Below, in pieces: positions 42,666-52,647 of a stretch of 64,000 nucleotides of DNA (positions are counted from its first letter, which is position 1; every line of letters begins with the position of its first letter). This stretch comes from an uncultured delta proteobacterium (GTDB taxonomy: Bacteria; Desulfobacterota; Desulfobacteria; Desulfobacterales; UBA2156): NCBI GenBank assembly GCA_963736855.1, contig CAVTQK010000021.1, forward strand, positions 512,001 to 576,000. The letters are read 5' to 3'. The notes under the pieces were generated by a model that had not been told where the DNA came from, searched no databases, and was given only the letters and a program-made list of their open reading frames with translations. A program made the translations under genes and the position numbers.

Positions 42666-43056
42666 GGCTCATCGGGGTTTTTAATGGGTGTATACAAGAT
42701 GTTGTGGTTTGAGTATTTTGAGTCTTGTGATCCGGGTTACTCAGGAATGCAGCATTGAGGCGACCGCCAGGCTTTGCAATCTTCGCCGGGGTCCGTGCTG
42801 GAACACACTGGAGCGGGCGGTTGGAAGAGGCCGTCGTCGAAAGGTGCATCGGGTGCCCGGTCGTATCGGCCTTGATGAAAAATCGACAGCCCGGGGGCAC
42901 AAGTATGAGTCGTTGGTCTACGAAATGGATGCCGGCACGATCGAGTATGTCTGTGATGACCGAGGGCAAGATAGCCTGGAGGATTATTTTCGGCAGTTTA
43001 GCAAAGATGAGCCGGCTAAGGTCAAGGCGGTTGCCATTGACATGTGGGATCCGTAA
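42666..43056 (+). mobile_element. ISL3-family transposase remnant
   Basis: IGLDEKS..RGHKY, VAIDMWDP then stop; GGCTC-type terminus at 42666. Confidence 0.75.
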
Positions 43057-43078
43057 AAAACGGTGAAAGATGAAGCGG

Positions 43079-43270
43079 TGACTTATGCTCAAATCAGCCA
43101 AAATTTCAACAACATGTCGATGCTATTTCTATTGACAGAGCATTCTCCTTCGGATAATTTTTAACCCATTGGCCGTGACCGCTATATGCGTCCATATCTT
43201 GGGCCCCAGATGATGTCAAAACACAATTCATGCTCGTGCTTAATCCTTCCGCAAAAAAGCGAGTTCTATC
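43079..43270 (+). mobile_element. IS91-like terminal segment, homologous to ~2398-2590
   Basis: Shared blocks TTGACAGAGCA, CCATATCTTGGG, CAAAACACAATTC, TCCGCAAAAAAGCGA..TATC. Confidence 0.6.
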
Positions 43271-43435
43271 ATTTATCATTTCATTTCATATTGCCGGAAC
43301 GGTAAGATTATGTGAACCACAAATATTATTCTGTTTGGTTCAGGCTTGGTCGGGTTAGGGTTCATATGACCCAGTAGCCTTAATAGTATTTTAGCTCTTA
43401 TAGGCATTACTTCAAATATATAAAACAGCAGGAAG

Positions 43436-45184
43436 GTGACGATGGATAAGGCAAGATATCATGATGATTTTTTTGAAAAATGTCCGACGGGCATCAGGGG
43501 TTTCGACGAGATCACAAAGGGTGGGGTCCCGAGGGGCAGGCCCACCCTGATCTGCGGCGGTCCGGGTGCCGGCAAGACACTTTTGGCCATGGAGTTTATC
43601 ATGCGGGGCGCTATGGATTACGGAGAACCCGGGGTCTTCATGACCTTCGAGGAAACACCGGAGGATCTCGCGAAGAACTTCATGTCCCTTGGTTTTGATC
43701 TCCATAAGATGATTTCGCGTGGTCTCATCGCAACGGATCACGTCTACATCGCGCGAAGTGAGATTGAGGAGACGGGTGAGTACGATCTGGAGGGATTGTT
43801 TATCCGCTTGGGAAATGCCATTGATTCCATCGGAGCAAAGCGGGTTGTCTTAGATACCATAGAAGCCCTTTTCTCCGAGCTTCCGAATGCCACTATTCTT
43901 CGGGCAGAGCTTCGTCGGCTTTTTCTCTGGCTGAAAGATCGCGGTGTGACCGCTGTCGTTACTGGGGAAACCGGCGACAAGTCTCTGACACGCTACGGGC
44001 TCGAAGAATATGTCGCCGATTGCGTGATCTTCCTCGACTTCCGCATCGTGAAGCATATTGCGACCCGCCGCCTGCGTATTATCAAGTACCGCGGCTCATC
44101 TCACAGCTCCGACGAGTATCCCTTCCTGATAGGTGAGAGAGGCCTCTCTATCCTGCCGATCACTTCCCTCGGGCTCGACTACCCCGTTTCCACGGAGCGG
44201 ATCTCCACAGGAGTTCCCAAGTTGGATGCCATGCTTGGTGGGAAGGGATTTTTCCGGGGCAGCACCATCCTCGTCTCCGGTACGGCGGGCACAGGAAAAA
44301 CAAGTTTATCGACTACCTTTGCCGACGCCGCCTGCCGGCGAGGGGAGCGCTGCCTGTATTTTGCCTTCGAAGAATCGCCCAGACAGATCATCCGGAACAT
44401 GGGCTCCATCGGCATGGATCTCAAGCGGTGGGTGAAGAAGGGGGTTCTCAAGTTCCATTCAGCCCGGCCTTCGCTTTACGGTCTTGAGACGCATCTTGTC
44501 ACCTTCCACAAGGCGATCGAGGAGTTCACGCCCCAGGTTTTCATTGTAGACCCGATCAGCAACCTGATCAACGTGGGAACCACATCAGAGGTCAAATCCA
44601 TATTAACGCGCCTTATCGATTATTTGAAGATGCAAAAGATCTCCACGTTTCTTACGGACCTCACCCATTTCGGAAGCAGCCTTGAACGCACAAGTGAAGA
44701 GATATCTTCTCTGATCGATACGTGGCTTCTCCTTCGGGATATCGAACTCAATGGGGAACGAAACCGGGGCCTCTACATTTTGAAATCCCGCGGCATGCCC
44801 CACTCCAACCAGATTCAAGAGTTCCTGCTCTCGAACCAGGGCATTGACCTTATTGATATCTATACCGGTTCCGGCGAGGTATTAACCGGCAGTGCCCGGG
44901 CAGCCCAGGAAGGCAAGGAAAAGGCCTTTGAGCTGGCACGCCAACATGAGGTGGATCGCAAGTTCCGCGAGCAGGAGCGCAAGAGGAAGGCCCTGGAAAC
45001 AAAGATCGCAGCCCTCCGCGCCGAGTTTGATGCGGAATCTGAAGAACTGCATTTGATGGGGGAAGAAGAGCGGAAAAGGCAATCTGCCCTGGCGGATAAC
45101 CGTTTGGAGATGGCGCATCTTCGCAAGGGGGAACCTTCAGCAGCCCGACGAAGCGCTCGAAAAAGAAGAGGGAAAGGAGATTAG
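43436..45184 (+). CDS. kaiC: Circadian clock protein KaiC (double-domain, SS phosphosite type, C-terminal coiled coil)
   Basis: Two RecA-like domains ([24 protein letters not shown]), [22 protein letters not shown], coiled-coil tail. Confidence 0.95.
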   Translation: MTMDKARYHDDFFEKCPTGIRGFDEITKGGVPRGRPTLICGGPGAGKTLLAMEFIMRGAMDYGEPGVFMTFEETPEDLAKNFMSLGFDLHKMISRGLIATDHVYIARSEIEETGEYDLEGLFIRLGNAIDSIGAKRVVLDTIEALFSELPNATILRAELRRLFLWLKDRGVTAVVTGETGDKSLTRYGLEEYVADCVIFLDFRIVKHIATRRLRIIKYRGSSHSSDEYPFLIGERGLSILPITSLGLDYPVSTERISTGVPKLDAMLGGKGFFRGSTILVSGTAGTGKTSLSTTFADAACRRGERCLYFAFEESPRQIIRNMGSIGMDLKRWVKKGVLKFHSARPSLYGLETHLVTFHKAIEEFTPQVFIVDPISNLINVGTTSEVKSILTRLIDYLKMQKISTFLTDLTHFGSSLERTSEEISSLIDTWLLLRDIELNGERNRGLYILKSRGMPHSNQIQEFLLSNQGIDLIDIYTGSGEVLTGSARAAQEGKEKAFELARQHEVDRKFREQERKRKALETKIAALRAEFDAESEELHLMGEEERKRQSALADNRLEMAHLRKGEPSAARRSARKRRGKGD

Positions 45185-45185
45185 G

Positions 45186-45518
45186 ATGAAAGCTGTCTCG
45201 CCAGGGAAGGGGAAGAAAGCAAAGACCGATTCGATAGAAGAAATCTGGAATCTCCGGTTATATGTAGCCGGTCAGACCCAGAAATCGATTACGGCCTTTG
45301 CTAATCTAAAGAAGATCTGCGAAGAGCACCTTGCGGGGAAATACCGCATTGAAGTGATAGACCTTATAGAGAAACCCCAGCTTGCCAAAGGGGATCAGAT
45401 TATTGCCATACCGACACTGGTCAGAAAACTTCCTGAACCGCTTAAAAAGATTATCGGAGATCTGGCCAACACAGAACGCGTCCTGGTGGGACTCGACATT
45501 CGTTCCAGCTCCGGATGA
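45186..45518 (+). CDS. kaiB: KaiB, copy 1
   Basis: [33 protein letters not shown]. Confidence 0.93.
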   Translation: MKAVSPGKGKKAKTDSIEEIWNLRLYVAGQTQKSITAFANLKKICEEHLAGKYRIEVIDLIEKPQLAKGDQIIAIPTLVRKLPEPLKKIIGDLANTERVLVGLDIRSSSG

Positions 45519-45520
45519 TA

Positions 45521-45747
45521 AATCAGAAGTCAGGAGTCAGAATTAAGGAGTTAGGATGAGGACGGCAGACAAACTCCGCTTTTACAACGTCTCACAAGGT
45601 TCCATTGAAGAATCTCGATACTATTTGATTCTCACCAAGGATCTTGAGTACGGCGATGTTTCCGAGTTAGGCCAGTTGCTTGAAGAGGTCAGCAAGCTGT
45701 TGGAGGCCTATTCGCAGGTTGTTCTGAATTCTGACTCCTGAATTCTG
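45521..45747 (+). pseudogene. C-terminal half of a four-helix-bundle (23S rRNA intervening-sequence-like) protein flanked by inverted heptamer repeats
   Basis: DKLRFYNVSQGSIEESRYYLIL; upstream TCAGAAG-TCAGGAG-TCAGAAT, downstream ATTCTGA-CTCCTGA-ATTCTG. Confidence 0.7.
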
Positions 45748-45779
45748 TCTACCGAGTAGTAACTTTTGGAGTAACAGAG

Positions 45780-46124
45780 ATGGCGCTGAAGAGAGGGAAA
45801 ACGCGTACTGAGGAACTCGAAAAGGCCACAGCGAGGCGCGACAGGGAAAAGTATGTTCTTCGCCTGTATGTTACAGGGTTGACCCCAAGATCAACCCTGG
45901 CAATCGCCAATGTCCGGAAAATCTGTAAAAAATACCTGGCGGGCCGTTACGAACTCGAGGTAATAGACCTCTACCAACAGCCCAAGCTGGCCAAGGGAGA
46001 GCAGATTATTGCCGCCCCAACGCTCATCAAGACACTCCCTCTGCCACTCCGGAGGCTCATCGGCGACATGTCGGATACGGAAAAGTTTCTTATAGGCCTT
46101 GATCTGAAACCCAAGAAATCCTGA
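45780..46124 (+). CDS. kaiB: KaiB, copy 2
   Basis: YVLRLYVTGLT, EVIDL, EQIIAAPTL, RLIGDM. Confidence 0.92.
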   Translation: MALKRGKTRTEELEKATARRDREKYVLRLYVTGLTPRSTLAIANVRKICKKYLAGRYELEVIDLYQQPKLAKGEQIIAAPTLIKTLPLPLRRLIGDMSDTEKFLIGLDLKPKKS

Positions 46125-46134
46125 GTACGAATCT

Positions 46135-48111
46135 ATGAACAAATCGTATAGAACACGCCGACAACTTTTGGATGAGTTGCAGGAACTCACATCGCGGATG
46201 ATGGAAGCTGAGGAAACTCTACGAGCTATCCAAAGCGGTGAGGTGGACGGCCTCATTGTCTCAACGACGGAAGGAGATCGCGTCTTTACGCTATCGGGTG
46301 CCGATCATCCTTACAGGGTCATGGTCGAAACAATGAACGAAGGAGCCGTCACCCTTGCCTCCGACGGCACGATCCTTTACAGTAACCAACGTTTTGCCGA
46401 TATCGTCAAAGTGTCTCTGGAAAAAGCAATAGGAACTTCAATCTACCAATATATTTCATCAACAGACCTTCAATTATTTGAGGAATTGGTTAAGCGGGGT
46501 TTAAATGGGAACCGTGAGGGGGAACTGGCCTTACAGGCTGGAGGTGAAAACTCTGTGCCTGTCTTACTTTCCGTAAGTCCCCTTCAACTCACGGACATGC
46601 CCGATGCGGTGTGTGCCATAATAGTGGACATGACCGAGCGCAAGAAGATGGAGGAGGCGCTAAAGAATTCTGAAACTCGCTACCGCCGTCTCTTTGAAGC
46701 AGCTCGAGATGGAATATTAATTCTCGATGCCGAGACAGGACAAATAGTGGATGTTAACCCATTCGTGTTAGAAATATTGGGTTATTCACATGAGGAGCTC
46801 TTAGGGAAGAAACTCTGGGAAATTGGCACCTTTAGAGATATTGAAGAATCGAAAGCCACCTCTGCGGAATTAAAGAGCAAAGGATATGTTCGCTACGATG
46901 ATTTACCGCTGGTGACGAAAGACGGGCGTAAAATTGCCGTGGAATTTGTCAGTAATGTCTATCTGGTCAACCATTACAAAGTGATTCAGTGTAACATCCG
47001 CGACACCACTGAACGGAAACTTACAGGAGAGGCTTTAAAAAAATCTCACAACGAACTGGAACGACAAGCTGTCGAACTTCGGACGGCTCTTTCTGAAATC
47101 AAAACATTGAAAGACCGACTCGAGGCCGAGAATATTTACTTCCGTCACGAACGCAAACTGAAATATCAATTTGAGAATATTATCGGGCAAAGTGATGGTC
47201 TTAAGTATGTTCTCTATCGAGCGGAACAAGTTGCTCCTATGGACACAACAGTCCTCATCCTTGGGGAAACCGGCACGGGAAAAGAGTTGATTGCTGCCGC
47301 CATTCATGGCATGAGTCCGCGTACGAAACGGCCCATGATTATGGTCAACTGTGCTGCCTTGCCTGGCAATTTAATAGAGAGCGAATTGTTCGGCCGGGAG
47401 AAGGGGGCATTTACCGGGGCCGATACCCGGCAGATAGGCCGATTCGAGGTCGCCAATGGTTCCACCCTTTGCTTAGACGAGATCGGGGAGCTGCCGCTGG
47501 AGTTGCAGGCAAAGCTGCTCCGGGTGATTCAGCATGGCGAGTTTGAACGTCTGGGCTCGTCCCATACCATCAAAGTCGATGTGCGAATCGTGGCAACGAC
47601 CAATCGAGACCTTGATGAAGAGGTCCGCAATGGCCGGTTTCGGCAGGACCTTTACTATCGGCTCAACGTCTTTCCCATCACTGTACCACCACTACGGCAG
47701 CGGAAAGAAGACATCCCGTTGTTGGTCAAGACCTTCATAGAGCGATACTCCAGGAAATTGGGGAAACAGATCACATCAATTCAGAAGGAGACGATGAAGG
47801 CTCTGCAGGATTATCCGTGGCCCGGAAACGTCCGGGAGCTGGAAAGCATCATTGAACGGGGCGTGATCTTGTGCCCGGGGCCGGTTTTGCACCTGGCAGA
47901 TAAACTGGAGATTTCATCCCTTCCACTCTCATCCGCCGTGAGAACCCTGGAAGAGATGGAGCGAAACCAGATCCTTAAGATCCTTTCGGAAACCCGATGG
48001 CGCATCGAGGGAAAGAACGGGGCCGCAGCGATTTTGGGCCTCCACCCGAGTACCTTGAGAGCGAGGATGCATAAGCTCGGGATACTTCGGCCGGAAACCA
48101 AGGGGTCGTAA
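46135..48111 (+). CDS. PAS-PAS sigma54-dependent enhancer-binding protein (AAA+, Fis-type HTH)
   Basis: N-terminal coil EAEETLRAIQSGEVD, two PAS domains, GETGTGKE, GAFTGA, LDEIGE, RQDLYYRL, WPGNVREL, C-terminal HTH; no receiver domain. Confidence 0.93.
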   Translation: MNKSYRTRRQLLDELQELTSRMMEAEETLRAIQSGEVDGLIVSTTEGDRVFTLSGADHPYRVMVETMNEGAVTLASDGTILYSNQRFADIVKVSLEKAIGTSIYQYISSTDLQLFEELVKRGLNGNREGELALQAGGENSVPVLLSVSPLQLTDMPDAVCAIIVDMTERKKMEEALKNSETRYRRLFEAARDGILILDAETGQIVDVNPFVLEILGYSHEELLGKKLWEIGTFRDIEESKATSAELKSKGYVRYDDLPLVTKDGRKIAVEFVSNVYLVNHYKVIQCNIRDTTERKLTGEALKKSHNELERQAVELRTALSEIKTLKDRLEAENIYFRHERKLKYQFENIIGQSDGLKYVLYRAEQVAPMDTTVLILGETGTGKELIAAAIHGMSPRTKRPMIMVNCAALPGNLIESELFGREKGAFTGADTRQIGRFEVANGSTLCLDEIGELPLELQAKLLRVIQHGEFERLGSSHTIKVDVRIVATTNRDLDEEVRNGRFRQDLYYRLNVFPITVPPLRQRKEDIPLLVKTFIERYSRKLGKQITSIQKETMKALQDYPWPGNVRELESIIERGVILCPGPVLHLADKLEISSLPLSSAVRTLEEMERNQILKILSETRWRIEGKNGAAAILGLHPSTLRARMHKLGILRPETKGS

Positions 48112-48139
48112 TAGAAAGTTAGATTCTCCGCCGCGGTTC

Positions 48140-48287
48140 CCTCCATATCTGGAGGTTCCACCAAATATTGAGGTCAATCAAATCATTTCACCTTTATCTA
48201 CGCTTCTCCCTTATTCATCTAACCCAGCGTTATGAAAAGATAATCCCAAACTCTTGATTTTTTCACAATGTTGGCAGGTCACTTGCA
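48140..48287 (+). promoter_or_regulatory. Sigma54 promoter module 1: tandem UAS palindromes, IHF site, -24/-12 box
   Basis: CCTCCATATCTGGAGG-tt-CCACCAAATATTGAGG (48140-48173); IHF consensus AATCAAGAGTTTG on minus strand (48247-48259); TGGCAGGTCACTTGCA (48272-48287). Confidence 0.8.
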
Positions 48288-48299
48288 ATTACGATCTGC

Positions 48300-48626
48300 A
48301 TGATTCTGGCCATCATACGAATGAAGGTTCTTGCTGAGAAGCGCAAGGAGCTTTCCCAGACGATCGCATTACTGATCGGCTCCCTAAGGACAGAGAAGGG
48401 ATGTCGGCGCTGCGACTTTTACCGGAGTTTGGAGGATAAAAACGAACTCTGTATTCTTGAAGAATGGGATACCCGGGAGAACCTAGATAGCCACCTGAGG
48501 TCGGAGCGTTTTAAGGTCCTTCGGGGGGCGATGAATCTTCTCCAAGAGCCCTACGAAATGATGTTCCACACCGTAGCATCGGGAAAAAAGAAAACGGAAG
48601 CGCGGTCCCAGCCAGCAGTTGAATGA
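48300..48626 (+). CDS. Antibiotic biosynthesis monooxygenase (ABM) family protein
   Basis: R.EKGC, LEEWDTRENLDSHLRSERF; duplicated at 60879. Confidence 0.8.
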   Translation: MILAIIRMKVLAEKRKELSQTIALLIGSLRTEKGCRRCDFYRSLEDKNELCILEEWDTRENLDSHLRSERFKVLRGAMNLLQEPYEMMFHTVASGKKKTEARSQPAVE

Positions 48627-48685
48627 CCGGGATGACTGGGGCCAACGTACCATCTCTCAAACCAAATTCCGAAAGGAGGAATACC

Positions 48686-48865
48686 ATGAAATCAAGCAGA
48701 AGGGATGAGACAGAAGGCAAGTTGCACCAAGTGAAAGGTAAGATCAAGGAGATCGCCGGGAGAGTAAGCATGAATCCCGGCTTGGAAGCCGAAGGCAAAG
48801 AGGAAAACAGAACGGGCAAAGTTCAAGAAAAGATCGGCCAGGTCAAGAAGCTCGTTGGGAAGTAA
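48686..48865 (+). CDS. CsbD-family stress protein
   Basis: D.TEGK..QVKGKIKE.AG.....LEAEG.....GKVQ..IG; strong RBS AAGGAGG. Confidence 0.88.
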   Translation: MKSSRRDETEGKLHQVKGKIKEIAGRVSMNPGLEAEGKEENRTGKVQEKIGQVKKLVGK

Positions 48866-48961
48866 TAGATGACGCATCCCTCGTGGGCGGCATCGTGTTG
48901 CTGGTCGCGGGAAAGAAGAAGAGCTGGTGAAAGGCAAAACGTTTCAATCACGGAGGTTCTT

Positions 48962-49252
48962 ATGAAAGACAAACGAAAAGCGTACGAAGAAAAGCTCGAT
49001 GCACAGTTGAAGGAATGGAACGCGCAGATCGCTCTGCTCAAGGCCAAGGCGGAGAACGCCAAGGCCGACGCGAAGATCGATCACTACAAAACCATCGACG
49101 CATTGGAGCACAAACAGGATGAGGCCAAGACGAAGCTGCAGGAGTTGAAGATCGCCGGCGATGAGGCATGGGAAGCCGTCAAAGGAGGCGCGGAAAAAGT
49201 CTGGGCTGAAGTCAAAACCGCCTATCACGATGCGGCCTCAAAATTCAAATAA
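48962..49252 (+). CDS. Small coiled-coil stress-type protein
   Basis: KRKAYEEKLDAQLKEWNAQI...AWEAVKGGAEKVW; RBS GGAGG. Confidence 0.75.
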   Translation: MKDKRKAYEEKLDAQLKEWNAQIALLKAKAENAKADAKIDHYKTIDALEHKQDEAKTKLQELKIAGDEAWEAVKGGAEKVWAEVKTAYHDAASKFK

Positions 49253-49559
49253 GGCAGAAACGCTGAACGTATCCGTCTGGCGGCAGGCTGCTTTCTGTTC
49301 AACTGAACGGACATGGGTTGGTAACATCAGTGTCCACAAAAGAAGGTGCGGCATGGAGCAGGGCGAGAAAGAGAAGAAGGATCCGACGCATACAAGCCTA
49401 GGACAAGGAAGAAGCGGGATTGCAACGGTGGTCTTCTGAAAAAATGGATGGTTTAACAAGATTGATGGACCCAACTTGGAAAGATTGAGACAAAGCGGAT
49501 ATTTGGACAAAAGGTCTTATTAGGCATTTAACCACTCACAAAAGAAAGAGAGGCAACTT

Positions 49560-50090
49560 ATGCGTTTTAACAAGATTTTCCTATTGCTACCCTTGAGTCT
49601 GATCGTTGGTCTTTTGGGTTGCACGAAAGAGCAAAAGTCGGAAGCTCCCAAACAGGAGCAGGTTACAAAAAAACTGGTTCCCCCGAAGCTCGAGGTTAAG
49701 GGCGAGAATTTTCTTTTGGAACTCAGCGAACTTCAAGTCGCTATGATGATGGACAATGTTTCAAAGGAAATCACCGAGACGCCGAGTCTTAAAGGCCGCA
49801 TCAAAATAACCAATCAATCCAATGATAATTTGGAAATCCAAGGGATCACCTTGGAATACCTGGATCAAGCGGGTAAGCCCATCCCCTTTGCTTCCGGAGA
49901 GAAAATATCGAAGGCGACCATATGGTTGCAGGCGATCAAGCCCGGAGAAACAAGCGAGGGTTCCATCGATGCCACCATTCCCAGGACGGCGGTCAAGGAA
50001 AAGGCCCTGGGAAAAATTGAAGTCAACCTGGTTTACATCCCAACGCTGCTTAAACGAGAGAGGTTGTCATTTGCTCAAAAGGTTGAATAG
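49560..50090 (+). CDS. Hypothetical lipoprotein
   Basis: Signal peptide with lipobox LLGC; RBS GAGG. Confidence 0.7.
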   Translation: MRFNKIFLLLPLSLIVGLLGCTKEQKSEAPKQEQVTKKLVPPKLEVKGENFLLELSELQVAMMMDNVSKEITETPSLKGRIKITNQSNDNLEIQGITLEYLDQAGKPIPFASGEKISKATIWLQAIKPGETSEGSIDATIPRTAVKEKALGKIEVNLVYIPTLLKRERLSFAQKVE

Positions 50091-50183
50091 CCGTACGGAC
50101 TCATGGAATAGGCATGCGCTCGATGACCCCTCTTGTACCGCCTGGGCGGGACGGGGTCAGCGAGCCAATCAAAAAGGGAAAAA

Positions 50184-51719
50184 ATGAAAGCGCTTCTGAT
50201 ATACCCTCCATACCCGGATACCTTCTGGAGTTTCAAATATGCCCTATCCTTCATATCCAAAAGGGCCGTTCATCCTCCGCTCGGCTTACTCACGGTTGCC
50301 GCGATGCTTCCTGAAGAATGGGAAAAAAGACTCGTGGACATGAATGTGGCCAACTTGAAAGACCGGGATCTTCAGTGGGCCGATTATGTCTTTATCAGTG
50401 CCATGGCGGTCCAAAAGAAATCGGCGAAGGAACTTATTTTCCGGTGTAAGGAATGGGGCCTGAAAGTCGTGGCGGGCGGCCCGCTCTTTACCGCCGCTCC
50501 CGAAGATTTTCCGGAAGTGGACCACCTGGTGCTCAATGAAGCCGAGACTACCCTCCCGGAATTTTTAGAAGATCTGGCCGGAGGTCAGGCCGAACATCTA
50601 TATACGTCCACATCATTTCCGGATCTGGAAAAGACCCCTATTCCCCTCTGGGGACTTTTGGAAATGAAGCGGTATGTCTCCATGAATATGCAATATTCCA
50701 GAGGTTGCCCCTTTCATTGCGAATTTTGTGATATTACGACCCTCTTCGGCCATCGAAGTCGGGCCAAAAAAGTCGGCCAGATACGGAAAGAATTGGAAAC
50801 CCTCTATTCCCTGGGCTGGCGGGGCGGGGTCTTTTTTGTGGATGATAATTTCATAGGCAACAAAAAGAAACTCAAAGAGAATATCCTGCCGGAAATGATC
50901 GACTGGATGAAGAAAACGAAATACCCCTTTAACTTCTCAACCGAAGCGTCCATAAATCTCGCCGACGATGAAGAACTGATGAAGCTGATGATCCAGGCTG
51001 GTTTTAAGTCCGTTTTTGTGGGCATTGAAACCCCGGACGACAGGGCGCTGAAGGAATGCCACAAATTCCAGAACACCAATCGTGATCTCATGGACAGCGT
51101 GGAAAGAATTCAGAAGTTCGGGTTGCGGATGCGGGGAGGCTTCATCGTAGGATTTGATAGCGATTCCCCTGCCATATTTGAAAAGCAGATCGAATTCATT
51201 CAAAAAAGCAAAATTGTCACAGCCATGGTAGGGATGCTGAATGCCCCCCGCGGCAGCCGGCTCTTTGAACGCCTCCAAAAAGAAGGACGACTCTTGAAGG
51301 AAGCCACCGGCGACAATACGGATTTCTCGACCAATATCATCCCCAAAATGGGCTATGAAAAGCTGACTGAGGGATACCGGTACATAGTCAACGGAATCTA
51401 TTCTCCCAGGCTGTATTACGAGCGGGTGAAGGGATTTCTAAGGCAATACAAGCCCCTGGAAAAGAGAAAATGGCACTTCCATTTCAGGTACCTCCGTTGG
51501 TATTTTCCCTATCTCGGCGCCCCTTTCAAAGCACTGATGATATTAGGCATAAAAGATAAGGCCCGGATCTATTACTGGAAACTTTTCTTCTGGTCTTTAT
51601 TCAGACGGCCATTGCTCCTGCCTTTGGCTATAACGTATTCGATTTATGGATTCCATTTCAGAAAAGTATTCAAATTAAACTTCGATACCAACCTGGTACA
51701 TCAGGAAAAAACGATCTGA
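50184..51719 (+). CDS. B12-binding radical SAM protein (DUF4070-type C-terminus)
   Basis: PPLGLLTVAA, SRGCPFHCEFC, FFVDDNFIGN, GFIVGFD. Confidence 0.88.
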   Translation: MKALLIYPPYPDTFWSFKYALSFISKRAVHPPLGLLTVAAMLPEEWEKRLVDMNVANLKDRDLQWADYVFISAMAVQKKSAKELIFRCKEWGLKVVAGGPLFTAAPEDFPEVDHLVLNEAETTLPEFLEDLAGGQAEHLYTSTSFPDLEKTPIPLWGLLEMKRYVSMNMQYSRGCPFHCEFCDITTLFGHRSRAKKVGQIRKELETLYSLGWRGGVFFVDDNFIGNKKKLKENILPEMIDWMKKTKYPFNFSTEASINLADDEELMKLMIQAGFKSVFVGIETPDDRALKECHKFQNTNRDLMDSVERIQKFGLRMRGGFIVGFDSDSPAIFEKQIEFIQKSKIVTAMVGMLNAPRGSRLFERLQKEGRLLKEATGDNTDFSTNIIPKMGYEKLTEGYRYIVNGIYSPRLYYERVKGFLRQYKPLEKRKWHFHFRYLRWYFPYLGAPFKALMILGIKDKARIYYWKLFFWSLFRRPLLLPLAITYSIYGFHFRKVFKLNFDTNLVHQEKTI

Positions 51720-51738
51720 TCGCTGAACAGGAGACAGT

Positions 51739-52017
51739 ATGTCGACGACCTTTAAATCCAATAGTATAGAACAATTAATGGCTGAGGCCGATGAACTGAT
51801 CGAAAAAATTACTTCTGATTATTTAGAGGACCTGAAAGAGGAGCATCGTCTCCAGTTTGAAAAGCATACTCAGGCATTACAGGAAATCAAGTCTGCGTTT
51901 CAAGCCCGGACCGGGAAGAGAGAACCTTTGGAAGAAGGTTCCTTCGCCGAGGGAATGCACCAGGCAGTCATGGATATCGTGAAGGCCATGAAGGACATGG
52001 TCGGATATTTTGCCTGA
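51739..52017 (+). CDS. Hypothetical helical protein
   Basis: 92-aa ORF with RBS AGGAG. Confidence 0.6.
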   Translation: MSTTFKSNSIEQLMAEADELIEKITSDYLEDLKEEHRLQFEKHTQALQEIKSAFQARTGKREPLEEGSFAEGMHQAVMDIVKAMKDMVGYFA

Positions 52018-52319
52018 TCTCCTGCAAGCTCGAACCACAATTGGGATATAATAACGATCCCGGCCAATTGTCCATCGCGCCGCTGCACCAGGAGAACGGG
52101 GGAATAGTTATCGCTGGAATCTCTACCTCATGTGACAACCGTTCAGTCTTATGGTTTTCGCGGACCTGACACTACCGGAGTGATAAATCCAAATCGTAAA
52201 CAAGAACCCCGAAGTATCGGGTTACGCGAATTTTAAGCCGCCAGTAAGAGCAGGGTCCTGTTGTGCTAACCGTTCCGGAGAGGATCTCGCCTTGTCTGAA
52301 TGCATGAAATTGCGCAGAC

Positions 52320-52647
52320 CTGTTATGCCCTGCCGGAGATAAGGGCGACAGGCCTTGAAGGCTACTTCGATCCCGTGATCATCTCCGCGCCTCGCGGGTA
52401 TAGGAAGCCCGACCCGCGGCTCTGGGGAGAGGCGCTTCAGATTATGAAACTGAATCCCTCTCAGGCCATCTATGTCGGCAATGACATGTACCGAGACATC
52501 TTTGGCGCACAACGGGTTGGCATTAGGACCATCTTGGTGGACTCAAACCAAGGAGCCAGGTCCTACGAGAACATCACACCAGACTTCTTTGCTGCCCGGT
52601 TTGAGCAGGTAATAGATGGGATCGTGTCGGTCGATCCTTTCCATTAA
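52320..52647 (+). pseudogene. C-terminal fragment of a HAD-family hydrolase
   Basis: YFDPVIIS..GYRKPDPR, YVGNDMYRDIFGA; N-terminal DxD motif absent. Confidence 0.7.

Larger units (their letters stand above)
48085..48865 (+). repeat. 781-bp segmental duplication, copy 1 (activator tail, promoter, ABM, csbD)
   Basis: Matches 60664-61444 with about a dozen substitutions counted by eye. Confidence 0.95.

Noticed and set aside
43313..43342. Dyad TGAACCA...TGGTTCA upstream of kaiC as a fifth enhancer site
   Set aside because: Only the CAAATATT core matches, it is not tandem, and no -24/-12 box follows.
43436..46124. A true self-sustained circadian clock
   Set aside because: No kaiA or sasA in the window and KaiC is the SS/coiled-coil type; the sequence supports at most a timer or energy sensor.
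52190..52290. Possible riboswitch in the intergenic region
   Set aside because: Only weak hairpins and no recognisable aptamer consensus.
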